From Perkinsus olseni (lineage: Eukaryota): DNA of 32,984 bases. The first letter of the stretch is position 1, and the number at the start of each line of letters is the position of its first letter. The stretch is from contig JABANN010000395.1 in assembly GCA_013115125.1 (NCBI GenBank), positions 1 to 32,984 on the forward strand, given 5' to 3'. The position numbers were made by a program, and so were the translations under genes. Shown piece after piece: positions 1 through 11,829 of the stretch. The notes below the pieces were generated by a model. It had not been told where the DNA came from, made no database searches, and was given only the letters and a program-made list of their open reading frames with translations.

Positions 1-176
1 AGTTCCGTACTCGTCCAGGTGACAGTGCACGAGTCGAAAGACCGGATATGCTAAGAATTTGTGGAGGGGTGTAGTAGGAAAACTCGGGGTAAGAATCGCG
101 TACAAGAGCGGCTCACATGCAACCCTCGGTACAAACACAGCCTTAGCTCTAGAGTAGAGCCTCTAGTAGAGCCCTC

Positions 177-1618
177 CTAGAGGATTACTCCAGAGGAGTA
201 GTACTCCTTTCTTGGAACAACTTGACGTAGCATCAGGTGGACCGTCGAAGTTATCGCACCCTTGGAGCTTCTCCTGGCATCGAACATGAAGAACCATCCG
301 CCGGCTGCCCTTCGACGAATTCGAAATGAACTTGGATAAACATAATCGAATTTCAGAGAATCTTTGAAGATGAACATATCCGAGTCGTGAAATTCCGCCG
401 AAAAATCGAGGTGAAGGCAATCCCCGAAAAAAAACAGCGCCGTCTCCTCACAGAACTGCATCTCAAATCCCTTGAACTTTGCCGTCAACTGAACACGGCG
501 TTGTCCAGTCTGTAATTCACTTCTGATCTCCACGGTGACCCTCTCGAGCGGTGCAACGTCAACGTTTGTCGTCTCGTATTGTCCATCAGGTATTACAGCC
601 CATCCTTCGACAACCCCACCACGATTGTGCCTGCCACTGGAAGGTATAATAGTCGATATTGAACTATGTTCCTGAGGTGCTAGACGGCCTCCATAATGTC
701 CAGCAAATACTTCGGCGGGAAGCGGTGAAGAGGATGCTCCTTGTGCTTGAAACGAAGTGTCGATCCAGCCCACGGCTTGCTGAGCGCCGAGGGATGTTGA
801 CTGAGCTGTTGTCGGCAGGTCGAATGATGGTACGGCTGCTTCATTGGCATGATTCCAAACCTGCTCCTGTCTTCCATTCACCGGAGTTCCCGCATCTTTC
901 GTAGAATTCTTTTGCAGTGCTTCCTTAGATTGTGGATGAGAGATACGTTTCCTTGTCCTTTCTGAAACACCTGCGGTATCCTCATCCACTGATACTTGGC
1001 GGGCTAGTCGCAAACCGTACTGGGTAATCTCTCCATCTCCGGTCCCAAGACTCACGGAATAGAGAATCTCTCGTTCCCTCGGAGCGAGACCAGGGAAATC
1101 GAGAATCTCTGGTTTCCTTGGCCCGAAACCAACGACGAGACCTGACTCGGCATTGCAGACGATGAGCTGGAGCAAACCTGTCAACAGTTGACAGTCAACT
1201 TCAGGGAGCTGTAAAAGCCTTTCATAAAAGCGGCCACAGATCCAGATCCGTGGAAACAGCGTGTTTGCCGATCAATTCGCAGGAGCCCAAATCCTCCCAG
1301 GGATTTTAAACCGGAATTTTTATACCATACGAGCTCTGTTGGTTCACTGCTGAAAGGCCTGTGGCCGGCTAGTGCCTCTTGACGCTCTAGGAAACCAAAT
1401 GTAGCGATCTGCCCTCTCGAACCGTCCCAAACCACCATCTCGAAGTCGATGAGATCCGGAAGCTCGGGACATACTCCTCCTCCGTTCTGTTTGACGGCCT
1501 TGTACGTCCCCGCTGGGAGCATGGCAGGTTGAACATAGCTTATTGTTCGAGATCCCCTCGATCTGCCACTGGACTCACACACGGGGCTCAATAAATACAG
1601 TAGCGGAGAGGGTTTCAT
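177..1618 (-). pseudogene. Lineage-specific two-domain hypothetical protein, paralog 1, disrupted by a stop and a frameshift
   Basis: ATG at 1618 (MKPSPLLYLLSPV) matches the paralog 2 start (MRSSALLYLLSPV). ORFs 1181..1744 and 177..1184 align end to end with paralog 2 (LPAGTYKAV..VCPELPDLIDFEMVVW; QLIVCNAESGLVVGFGP; CLHLDFS..SFRI). There is an in-frame TGA at 1181-1183 and a frame change near 1169-1170. Confidence 0.7.
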
Positions 1619-2188
1619 TACAAGATGTGAAAGACGGAGAATTCCTAACACAGAATGCACCCACAAAAGGATGCGTCTCGTGGCTCCGCCATGGCGACAT
1701 TTGAAGTTCAGGGTCCGGAAACCCCGGATTTCCGACGACTGCATTAATCATTCTCGCCCCATGATAGGAGCCCTATCACCATTCTCGTGATGACTGTATC
1801 TTCACCGCACTCGAATATCCTGAGAACTATCTCCAGTTGAAGGAAGTTGGGAAGAGCAGTGACACTAAGTGTCATTCTCGGTTTCTCAGTAGTCCTACGC
1901 GGTTGATGTCCTCAAATTCAACAAGCATTGTAATGAAGATAATGCTGCTTAGAGCGTCCCATAATAGCGCACGAGAGTACGGAATTCCGTCCACTGCAGA
2001 CGGAAAGCGCACCACACTTTGATCGATATTATCGATTCGATAATGTGGCCTCCCGAAATCTTGCAGCATCAGCACCCACAGTGAGTATGATATTCGGAAT
2101 ATCTTAACAAATATCCTTTGCAGGGAGCACAACTGGACTATGTACAACGAGGTCCAACAACTACCGTGGTCTCCGCGCCTCGTAGTAC
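1425..2188. repeat. Segmental duplication copy A (5' CDS plus upstream region)
   Basis: Long near-identical blocks shared with 3903-4675, e.g. gcattaatcattctcgccccatgataggagccctatc and gatcgatattatcgattcgataatgtggcctcccgaaatc. The offset is about 2.48 kb. Confidence 0.9.
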
Positions 2189-2721
2189 TGAGTCTGGGTA
2201 GTAAGCTCTTTATGCATCACTTTTTCGAGAGGCAACGATGGTCGACTGACCCTTGCCAGATAGATTGGCTAGAAATAATAATGAGCCAAATAGATTCCAA
2301 GCTTGAACCCCAAGTCTCGAGGTTTGCCGCTCTCGCATGTCTGCCGAAGCTGAGCGCGGATACAGCGGAGCAACTGCCATGATAAGAGCTAGGGCTGAAT
2401 AAGACGGTCGTTCAACCCTATTTCCTGCTTACTCAAATGAGTAGTTCACATTGTGCACTGCCATCAGTATGTAGATAAGGATACCAGTCGGATAGTAACC
2501 CCCGCTCCTAAGGAGAAGATGTAACCTTCCACTCTGAAAATTTCGCTGAGCAAAACTCGCCCCCCGTGGAGCACAAGCCTCGAACAACGCTCCACTATCA
2601 CACACAACCCGCACACTCAACAACGACAACAACATCAGCGTGAATGAGCGTGAATTCCGACGATCACAGTGATATCGAAAGAGCCCACAACCGCCCGGCA
2701 GTCCGGTGGTTCAATTGCCTG

Positions 2722-4089
2722 TTAGTCTACAAGTGTCCTCGGTAGCTCGACTTTGTGGAGCCTCAGCTGGACTGTTGTCCTCGGAATACCCTCAGAATAT
2801 TTACTGGTATCGAAAATGAGAACTAATTCGCCCCTTTCTTGGTGACAAATTCGAAATGAAGCGAAGGATATATAGTCCAACTCCAGAGTATCTCCGAAGA
2901 TGATCGTTTCGGGGTCCAGGGCTTCCTTCGAGAAATCAAGCTGGAGGCATCCTTCCCTCCACACCGCCCTCTCTTCGCACAGACGCACCTCATAGTGTTG
3001 GAAATCGACGACTAGCTCAACTCGAGGATGATCAGTCTGCTCCGTTCTGATGTTCACCGACAACATCTTGAGCTGATCAAAGCCAGTTTCATTTGCTGTC
3101 TCGTACAGCCCATCGAACATGCTTGCTGACGCTCCACCGCTATACGAGCACCCACGTGCTCCAGTCAAAGGGTCGGTAGGTGCTTCGATAGGTGGCGAAG
3201 GGGGATGTACTCCTAGCGATTCAAGCACAAAATCGAGCAATTTGTCGTCCGGGTGAGCTCCGGCGTTGACCTCTGGAAGTGGTGAATGGACGGCTTCCAG
3301 TCCTTCAACCGGCCGCGAGGCTGCCTCTCCCGCAGAGTTCGATACTTGAACAAATTATACTTGAAGATCCTTGGCGTCGGATAGTGAACTCGCTAGCTCA
3401 TCATTCGTGCCCCCAGGAGCCTCTTCAACTCTACGGGGATGTTTCTTCACTGTGGTTTCAGACACCCTCCGGAGGGTACGTTTTCTGCTGGCCTTCGGGA
3501 ATACAGCCATCTCCTTTATATGCGCTGGTCGCAATTTCAGCTTGAAACCGTAATCGGAGGATTTCCAGGTACCGTGACTGTCTCTATTTGGTCCGATACC
3601 AACGATAAGCCCGAACTCTGTTTGGCAGAATATGAGCTGCGAGCACAGCCGTGCTGGTTTCGGCAGGGACAGATGGGTGTAGAATTTGAAAACAAATTCA
3701 GAGGCGCGACGTAGAGGTTCAATATGGAAACATTCTGGCGGTTTCCCAACCTCAAGCGGTCCAAACCGCTTCAACGATTTCAGAGTTCCACGGCAATACA
3801 CTGCCAATTGAAATGACCCATTACTGCTGGTTGGCGGCTGGCCGGCTAATGCCGCCGTCCGTTCCTGGAAGGCAAGCGAGGCCCTCTGGCCTTCTGGGCC
3901 ACTCCAAACCACCATCTCGAAGTCGATGAGATCCGGAAGCTCAGGACACACTCCACCGCCGTAGTGTTCTACGGCCTTGTACGTCCCCGCTGGGAGCATG
4001 TCAGGTTGAACATAGCTTACCGTCCCATTCGATCCCCCGCTGAATACGCATACGGGGCTCAATAGATACAGCAGCGCGGAGGATCTCAT
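2722..4089 (-). pseudogene. Lineage-specific two-domain hypothetical protein, paralog 2, with one in-frame TAA
   Basis: ORFs 3355..4089 and 2722..3240 are in the same frame and the intervening 38 codons are open. The only lesion is TAA at 3355-3357, inside a 15-bp insertion. It is homologous to paralog 1 in both domains. Confidence 0.75.
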
Positions 4090-4675
4090 TGCAAGATGTG
4101 AAAGACGGAAAACTCCTGAAAGAAAATACTCCCACAGAAGGACGCGACTCGGCGCTATCCAGCTCCCTCATGGCGACATTGGAAGTTCAGTGTCCGGAAA
4201 CCCCCGGATTTCCGACGATTGCATTAATCATTCTCGCCCCATGATAGGAGCCCTATCGCCGTTCTCGTGACTGTATCTTCACCTCACTCAAATATCCGGG
4301 AACTATCTCCAGTTGAAGGAAGTTGGGAACTGCAGAGACACTAAATGCCAGTCTCGCTCCCTCAGTAGTCCTACGCGGATGATGAGCTCAAATTCAACAA
4401 AAATTGCATGGTAATGATGATGATGATGCTGCCCAGAGCGTCCCATAATAGCGCACGAGAGTACGGAATTCCGTCCACTGCAGACGGAAAAGCGCACCAC
4501 ACTTCGATCGATATTATCGATTCGATAATGTGGCCTCCCGAAATCCTGCAGCATCAGCACCCTCGGTGAATCTCAAGATAATCTGTTGAATATATATCGC
4601 CTCGCAGGTGGCACAGCTAAACTCTGTACAACGAGACCTAGAAACTACGAACCGTAGTCAAAGCGCCTCTAGTAC
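3903..4675. repeat. Segmental duplication copy B
   Basis: Direct repeat of 1425-2188. Confidence 0.9.
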
Positions 4676-4719
4676 AGAAAATGATCAATAGGCTCCTCGC
4701 GCATACGAAGGCGCCATTA

Positions 4720-4810
4720 CTAACCACCATCTCTACAAGACCTGGGAGCTCAGGCCACACTCCACCTCCTTTCTGTTCTACGGCCTTGTACAGTCCCGCA
4801 GAGAGCATGT
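4720..4810 (-). pseudogene. Fragment of a third paralog of the two-domain family
   Basis: Translates as MLSAGLYKAVEQKGGGVWPELPGLVEMVV, against MLPAGTYKAVKQNGGGVCPELPDLIDFEMVV in paralog 1. The flanks are not homologous. Confidence 0.75.
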
Positions 4811-5383
4811 TGGGTCTGTAGAGCGTGTCGCAGAGAGGATGTCTGAGGTTGAACGCATGATGTCGGCGCCCACTGCCATTTTCCAGCAGGCTACTTCCAA
4901 TGACAATTGAGGGGAAAAACATCGGTATCATAAACCGCCAACTAAATATACCCACAGAAGTGCACGAAAATGAGGAATTCCGTTCACTCAAGATAGCACG
5001 CACATGGATTTTTGATCGATGTACGCGCTTCGGTCGGAGGCTCAGACTAAATATCCTCTTAAAACCCTGCGACTGTGGCGTGCCATTATTCACATGCTAT
5101 GCAGAAGCACCCTGTTGAGGATCGTAGTGGAACTTCCCTTCAACGGAAGATCACAGCGGAGCAACTCGCTAATTCCGTTCAATGCGGACATGTTCCAAGG
5201 CGGAGCGAAGCACCCAAATCCCTGAACAAGCAGCATCTCACGATCTATCAATATCCAACGCTAATTCCAACGATCACCATGCTCGCCACCCACATGCCAA
5301 ACCACTTCAATTAATCAACATACACGTCTAGGGGTTGAACAATGCCCGCACCAAAATGGATCCCCAACCAAAATAGAGTCGAG

Positions 5384-8300
5384 TCAGAAACTTCGCGATC
5401 TCGCCTCGGGTGCCATGCGTTTCACTTTAACAGCCTTGCCTTTCTCGCCTTTTAAATGCTTAACAGCTTCAGCTTGCCTCGGGCCCATTCGCTTCCACTT
5501 GAGCACTTCTTGTTTTCCCAATCTCTTCTTCGGGTCGGGCATCAACGTGCTTCGAATCAGCATTCGTATCGGGGTTCCTTCCATACCAAATTCTTCCCGA
5601 ATCAGATTCCGCATCTGCTGCAAGTAATTAGGTGGGAAGCCGCCGTGTGTGTTCGCCCAGAAAACAAACGTCGGGGGCCGGGATCGAACCTGGGTCACAT
5701 ACTTCGGGTAGAACTTCACACCGTCTTTCCACGGTGGAGGGTAGTGCTCTTGAAACTTTCTCATCCAGTCGTTGATGTCAGCGGTCGCCACTCGACCGTT
5801 CCACCGTCGGAACAGCGCTTGAACTCGCGTCATCATCATCATAACGTTGAAGCCAGTCTTAGCCGAAATAAACATGATAGGCATCCCCTTTACTTGAGCA
5901 GACTTGTTCACCGTACTCGTTACGTACAACTGCCGTAGCTTCTCTCTGAAGGACAAACAATAAATCTTCGAACTCACTCATTCTCCACCAAGGGAATCTT
6001 CCCTCCTGCATAAACAGCGTTAAATAGAGCTCGAGACCGAAAAATCCAGACCGAGCATAGCACACAATGCACCCGACATTGAGATACAAATCCGGCTTCT
6101 CGAAGGGAAGAGGCGCAACACCACTTCTTGCAATCTTGCATTTCCTCAACTCCAAATCTCACTTGTGTCTTTCTTCGACAAGGTCCCACTTATTGATCGC
6201 TACCACCACACATTTACCCATCTCCGACGCCATCCGCAGCAGCTTCAACTCCGCTTTGTTCGGCACGTGAGACCGTTCCGCTCGAGATCCATCAACAACT
6301 ATCACCACCACATGAGCACTGACAAAGGGACTAGAATCGTCTCCAAAGCAGCACATACAAATTCATCAGGTGCGGATGAATTCATGGCGAGCCGACATCG
6401 AAATGCACTCTGATGATTTTAGGAGCGTCGATCTTGATCTCGGTTGCTCCTACAATCGAATGGCTCGCTGAGTTTCCGATCCCGGTCCCATAAGTTCCTT
6501 ATCTCCCTTATACCTGCGAGCCAAAATAACAACTTCAATCGGCGGCAATTGGGCGCCTTGGAGCTCCGCGGCAACTTACGCCCAGCCTTTAAAAACACCT
6601 GCGGTGTCGAAGAGTCGAATCTTGTGTTCTCGGAACGACCAGTCGGTCACGATAGTGTCAGTCGTAGTACCTGATCTATTTTCACAGCGGATCGAAGCGC
6701 AGGTACCATCCTACCAGGGGTCGCATCAGTAATGATTCTGTCCTCCTTAAGAAGGGCGTTCACGAGTGAGCTCTTGCCGGCGTTAGGGAGGCCAACAATT
6801 GCCATGTTGATTGTCCGCTCATCCCTCAGAAGCCGCCGCCTCTCCTGTAGGACAACGTCTCGGGTCTGAGTGATGACCACACGGACTGGACGGCGAGGCC
6901 ACGCAATTTCAGATTCCTCTTCCCAAACAAGTTATGAAAAAGTTATGATTAGTAGACATGTTCATTTCGCAAGCCCATTCGCCACACAGCACCGAGCAAC
7001 ACCTGTTCATTATGAAACCTTCTAGTAGTACAGCGTGTACAGTACGATCGGAGCATAAAGCAAGACTGCATTTCAAGCCATGGCCACATCCGCAATCGGC
7101 CACAGCCGAGGATTTCAGCACCATCTTCCTCGTTTTCGTGGCATCCTTTCCCCATATCTGGGATACTCCTCCTCGGTGGACTGATTAAACTCGCACTTTC
7201 ACCAAATTATAGTCACTCATAGAGAGTGTCGTCATCACTCATAGTCTCATTGTCACTCGTTCACTTGGGCATGAAGCTCTTCATAGAAAGCTGACCTCCT
7301 CAATTTGACTCTGCCTAGTTGGCACGGGTCCTCCATAATGATAACTGGGATGCCCCCAAAAGGGATCTCAGACACCCGGTGTCCTCCCTGCGCGTTTGCG
7401 CAACAGCTGCGGAAATGCCCTCGAAGACTGTATCGTGAAAGGCGCCGACTTCTTCGATAACAATCATAACCCTTGACACTAATGTATCTCAGCGCGCGTG
7501 CTCTGGGTATGCCGTTACTCATGCTTCTCGTCAGCTCAGTCTCGCAGCTCATGTACGCGTTATCTCCGACTATCCCACTGTTATCAAAAACAAGAGTCGA
7601 ATCCCACCGCCGAAGAATGTCTTCAGAACTGCAGCTGCTAACGTCGATCCAACCGAGTGAAATTATATCGTCAACTCGCACGTATACCGTACTCAACAAT
7701 GAACCGGTCGGAGCAGGGTCAGCGGAGATCTACCCGCGAAATGCGTAGAGTAGTTTGACACCATCCCCGAAACAGAGCGCCGATCTCTCAGCGGAGTACG
7801 CCAGCATCGCACTCCCGTTACTCGACAACACACTGGACCAGCCTCATGTGTGGTTCTGGCCAACGTGCTGGATATGGTATACTCACATACAAGGCATACT
7901 TCCCTTAAAGAGGTCCTATATCAATTCCAACCCGCCCACATATCATCGGGACGTACGGCCTGGCGATTGGCATGTTGAACTTCAACAGTTGAAGCGACCG
8001 GGCGTGGAATAGCACGGCAAATCTTGGAAATAGAATTGCTCGATTCTGACATGCATATGTTTCAACCATTCTTTATTCGGCTTCTCCATCCCGACTTCGC
8101 GAAGATCAAGAAAGACGGTGAACATATTGGACAGTCAGCACCAAACGCTCAGATCACGGCGCGAGAGAGTGTTTGAATTGGCTCAGCCAGACCTCACTCA
8201 TTTTTCGGAATTCTCGGGACACACAGCAAATGGCTCACCATCTTGTCCTTCAAATGGTAGGGCTTCTTAGTGAGGTACTTCGCAAGAGCTTTCCGCTCTA

Positions 8301-11056
8301 GCATTGTTCGCCCGTCCACACCGATCTCATCAGCTACGTTCTCCTCCACTCTTTCAGTTGGCGGGCCATCGAACATTTCATCGTCGAAATCCTCCGCATC
8401 TTCATCACTCTCGGACTCTTCCACCGGCAGTCCTCTGAAAATGCTACGCATCGTTCAACTGCTCAAAATCACAGTGGTACGAAATTATTGCTTCACACAG
8501 CCACTAGCGCATATCCTTTGCACGACTCTCAGAGCAGCCTTCCATCACTCGACCTCGCTAGGATATGCTGAGCATATCCGTCGGAAAGTCCCAACAATTG
8601 CGATCTCCGTCGTCCCACCTCTTCCGATCTCTCCTTTTCTGTCTTTCCTTCTCTCTTGCTTCCTTCTTCTCTTGCCTAACAGACTCTTTGTACTCTTTAT
8701 ATTCGATGGCTTCTTTCAGCCAAATATCGTGCATCTCCTCGATCATCTCTAAACTCGGCCCTTCTTGAGCCATTTCCTGATGAATACCATAGGAGACTCG
8801 ACACGGGTATTCTTGATTTGAAGAATCAAGATCTTGATTTTAAACCACTCACCCACGATAGGCAGACGCTCGTGGGAGAGACTTCAGATGCTCGTTCAGA
8901 GACTCCCCAGATCTAGTTCCTATGATATCAGTTGCGTCTTCCGTATCTCACTGTCCAGGTGCAACGAATCGTGCAGCCGTCTAACTCCATTGACGATCAG
9001 GTTTGTATATCTGAGGGGCCCCGTTACCGCTTGTATTCGATCCTCATCCTGCTCCTGTTTCTCGACAACTGCTTCATCAATATCTGCCCACGCGCCTTTG
9101 AGTCTATCTCCAACGTCTAACATCAGGCGGTCATACCTGACCCGGGGAAGCACATGCGCGGCAGACCCGTCAATAACAGAAGACCTTCAATTCGCTCCAC
9201 GAGAATCAACAACCTATTTCGGACCTTCGTCGATAATGGAGAAGACATCAAGTAAGCAAGCTGTGATCGCTACACTCGAAAAGTTGAAGTGATATTCAGA
9301 CCGCCCAAGGTTGCTACAGATCATCCGTCCCTTCATTCTTGGTGGCCGATATCATCACAGGGTCCCCAAGGCCCAAGTCATAGCAATCAGCAATGGCGTT
9401 GGTCGGAAAGTCCTGAGCTCCATCCGCCTTATTCGCCACCAGGACAATCGATATCGGAGGTCGACTTCGCCTGAGAGACTGATCGGTGAAACCACCGGGA
9501 TTCTCAGGGAAATCTCGAGTGAGCAAAGTAATACAGCGAGTTGCCCCGGAGACATGACCTCCTGCTCATGAGGACATCGGACTGGCGAACTGGGTTATTG
9601 AGCTACACACGGAACTCCCACAATGAACATTCGTGATGGATGAACTAGTATGATTCATCCGTCTCCTCCGGACCTTCATTCGAAGGTCGGCCGCTTCCCC
9701 ATAATGAATGCTTCAACATACTCCACCTTCACGGACTCACTCTCCTTTCTGTTCTTTCTCATTGAACAGCTCGTTGAGTCGTCGGACACGTTTGCTCAAC
9801 ATTCTCGCCAATTTCAGGTCCAGAGGGGTCACACCTTCCTTGGCGTCCACCATAAAGATCACAGCATCGCTCCGCGATACCGCCTCCAAGGCTTTCTGTC
9901 GCATTTTCTGCAGCAGCTCACCTGAGCATCGGCTTGCAGAAGCGAAAGTCACCATGAAGCTTTGGAGCTAGAGTGGAGCCCCACCTCACTCCGGCGTAGA
10001 CAGCAACCGCCCGACAAGAAGCAGCGGAAATTGCACGTAGACAACTTGTCTTGGACAAGTCACTGACATCGCCAGTTTGGCAATGGCTCACCGCGTGAAT
10101 CACTTTCAGGACAATCCGCGATAATAATACTCGGAGATGCACTCCAACGGCCTCACTGTTCTCCGTAAGAGAATCATCCTCGAGCCCCGGTGTATCATGC
10201 AGCATCATCTTCAATCTGCCCAGCTGGCACATAGCCGACTTTCCATCCCGAGTCGTCCCTGCTGCTGTGTAGCTAACAAAGAACCGCTGCCCATCCTACC
10301 TACAACCGAATCACTACTATATAATTTAAATAAAAGCCATCCGATACAACGGCGATTCGAACGATGATAGCAATACCAGACCAAAACTTCTACTCGTCAA
10401 GCGCAACATGTCCGAAATTCGGACTCGGAATAAAAGCGTACGCTTCACTAGGAGTATAACGTCGCTACTGTTCTCTTACGGTACCGCCCTACTGTCGTGC
10501 ACTATGTAGCGAAGCGTTGCGGGAACCGGGACGGACGATAAAGGCGGCCGGTCAAAAGAGCGGAAGCGTGGACTAGCAGGCTGCGTACCGACCGACATTG
10601 GGCGCCTTTCAAATTGGAGGTTCCAATCATCACCCCGAATTGCCAGGTGACGGGATTGAAGTAGGACTATATACAGTGTATACCACACGCGGACGAAGCG
10701 ACTCACACGATAGCCTTCTGCCGGCTGTTCTCCGAGTTCCGGTTGTTACCTGCAAGCACGCTCAATTAAGTGTAGAGTACTGACCGGACGAGCTTACTCT
10801 GCAATCTATTGAACAAGCTCGACTTGCCCACGTTGGGCCGTCCCACCATACATACCGTCACATGCGGTTGCTCCAGCAGAAGCGATTGTGCTGCATTAGG
10901 TGATACTGATGAAATGCCCCGGAAAGACAGCAGGAATAATCTGATGAAGAAACGTGAAACAAAAATTCCCCGGATTTCTGACCTAGGCGCAACCTCGAAC
11001 CGCCCAAGTAAGCAGCGCCGCAATGGCACTCGGCCGGAGCGTTGTGCAGCCATCAT
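5384..11056 (-). CDS. der: Der/EngA-family double GTPase (ribosome biogenesis), multi-exon, probably organelle-targeted
   Basis: GD1: VCMVGRPNVGKSSLFNRL (~10820-10850), GTTRD, DTPG (~10190), VIFMVDAKEG, VANKAD, ISAT. GD2: MAIVGLPNAGKSSLVNALL (~6760-6805), GTTTD, DTAG, AINKWD, FISAKTG. C-terminal KH-like domain YVTQVRSRPPTFVFWAN..IREEFGMEGTPIR. Motifs occur in the canonical order, separated by GT-AG introns. The start at ATG 11056 is inferred and the linker exons are not fully resolved. Confidence 0.93.
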
Positions 11057-11829
11057 AGACGGCAAGGGAAAGAGAAACGAAAGAAACCCTCTGAAAATCA
11101 ATGCGACTCCCTGATAGCATTGCAATCGTTACTGTCATGACGAGGATAGCAATACCATTTCCAGCGGCAAATATTCAGATTGAGTAACTCAATGTTCAGC
11201 AAGTTGAATGCTACGATCCTTCATTTCAAATCTTCTCTCCAAATCAGCAAATCGGCGAGGATGCCGATATCGCTGGTTATGAGTTCTGATGTCACCGACG
11301 ACAGCTGGACACAGAATTTTTGGAAAGTCCGGTCTCGCTGTCGAAGATCTTGGATACGATCCCCAAGCAGTCCGTAAGCCGGTGCTGCAAAGCGAAATAT
11401 TGAATCGGTATTAACGGATACCCGTCGATCCGCTCAATATGAGCGCTATGAATTAACCATCTACGCGGAACTGGACCAGATGCACAAAAGTTCCATAGAA
11501 TGTCTATATAGAGCTGGTAAATCTGGTCTGAGTTCTACAAGAAAACTCAGCTCTACGTTCCATAGTCCTGCGTTGGACTATACACTCACACCCAGTACGG
11601 TACTTTCAGCGCCTACTACGGATAGTTACAATCCGACAGTGTGTAACTTAAAAAAAGTAACACAGTACAAGATCGAGACGCTGGCCGGTTGGGAGTATAC
11701 GGGTAATACGGATTTTAGTTCCAGGCACTACAATTCAGGTCAATCCTGATGATCAATAGTTACTAAGTGCCAATTGAGATGCATTGTCCGACGCGAACCT
11801 CATAAGCACAAATCCATATAAGAAATCCC

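Noticed and set aside
1181..3357. Alternative genetic code (stop reassignment) to explain the in-frame TGA and TAA
   Set aside because: Each stop has a local mutational explanation, and TGA and TAA terminate well-supported genes here (der TGA, MCTS1 TAA).
5456..5938. Long plus-strand ORFs (5456..5938, 8270..8752, 8834..9292, 16794..17276, 28835..29302, 29330..29716, 30613..30990)
   Set aside because: They are antisense shadows of supported minus-strand coding regions and show no recognisable motifs.
8764..8775. Spliced-leader relic (TGGCTCAAG on the minus strand)
   Set aside because: Only the last ~9 nt of the 22-nt SL match, and they encode MAQE within a Der exon.
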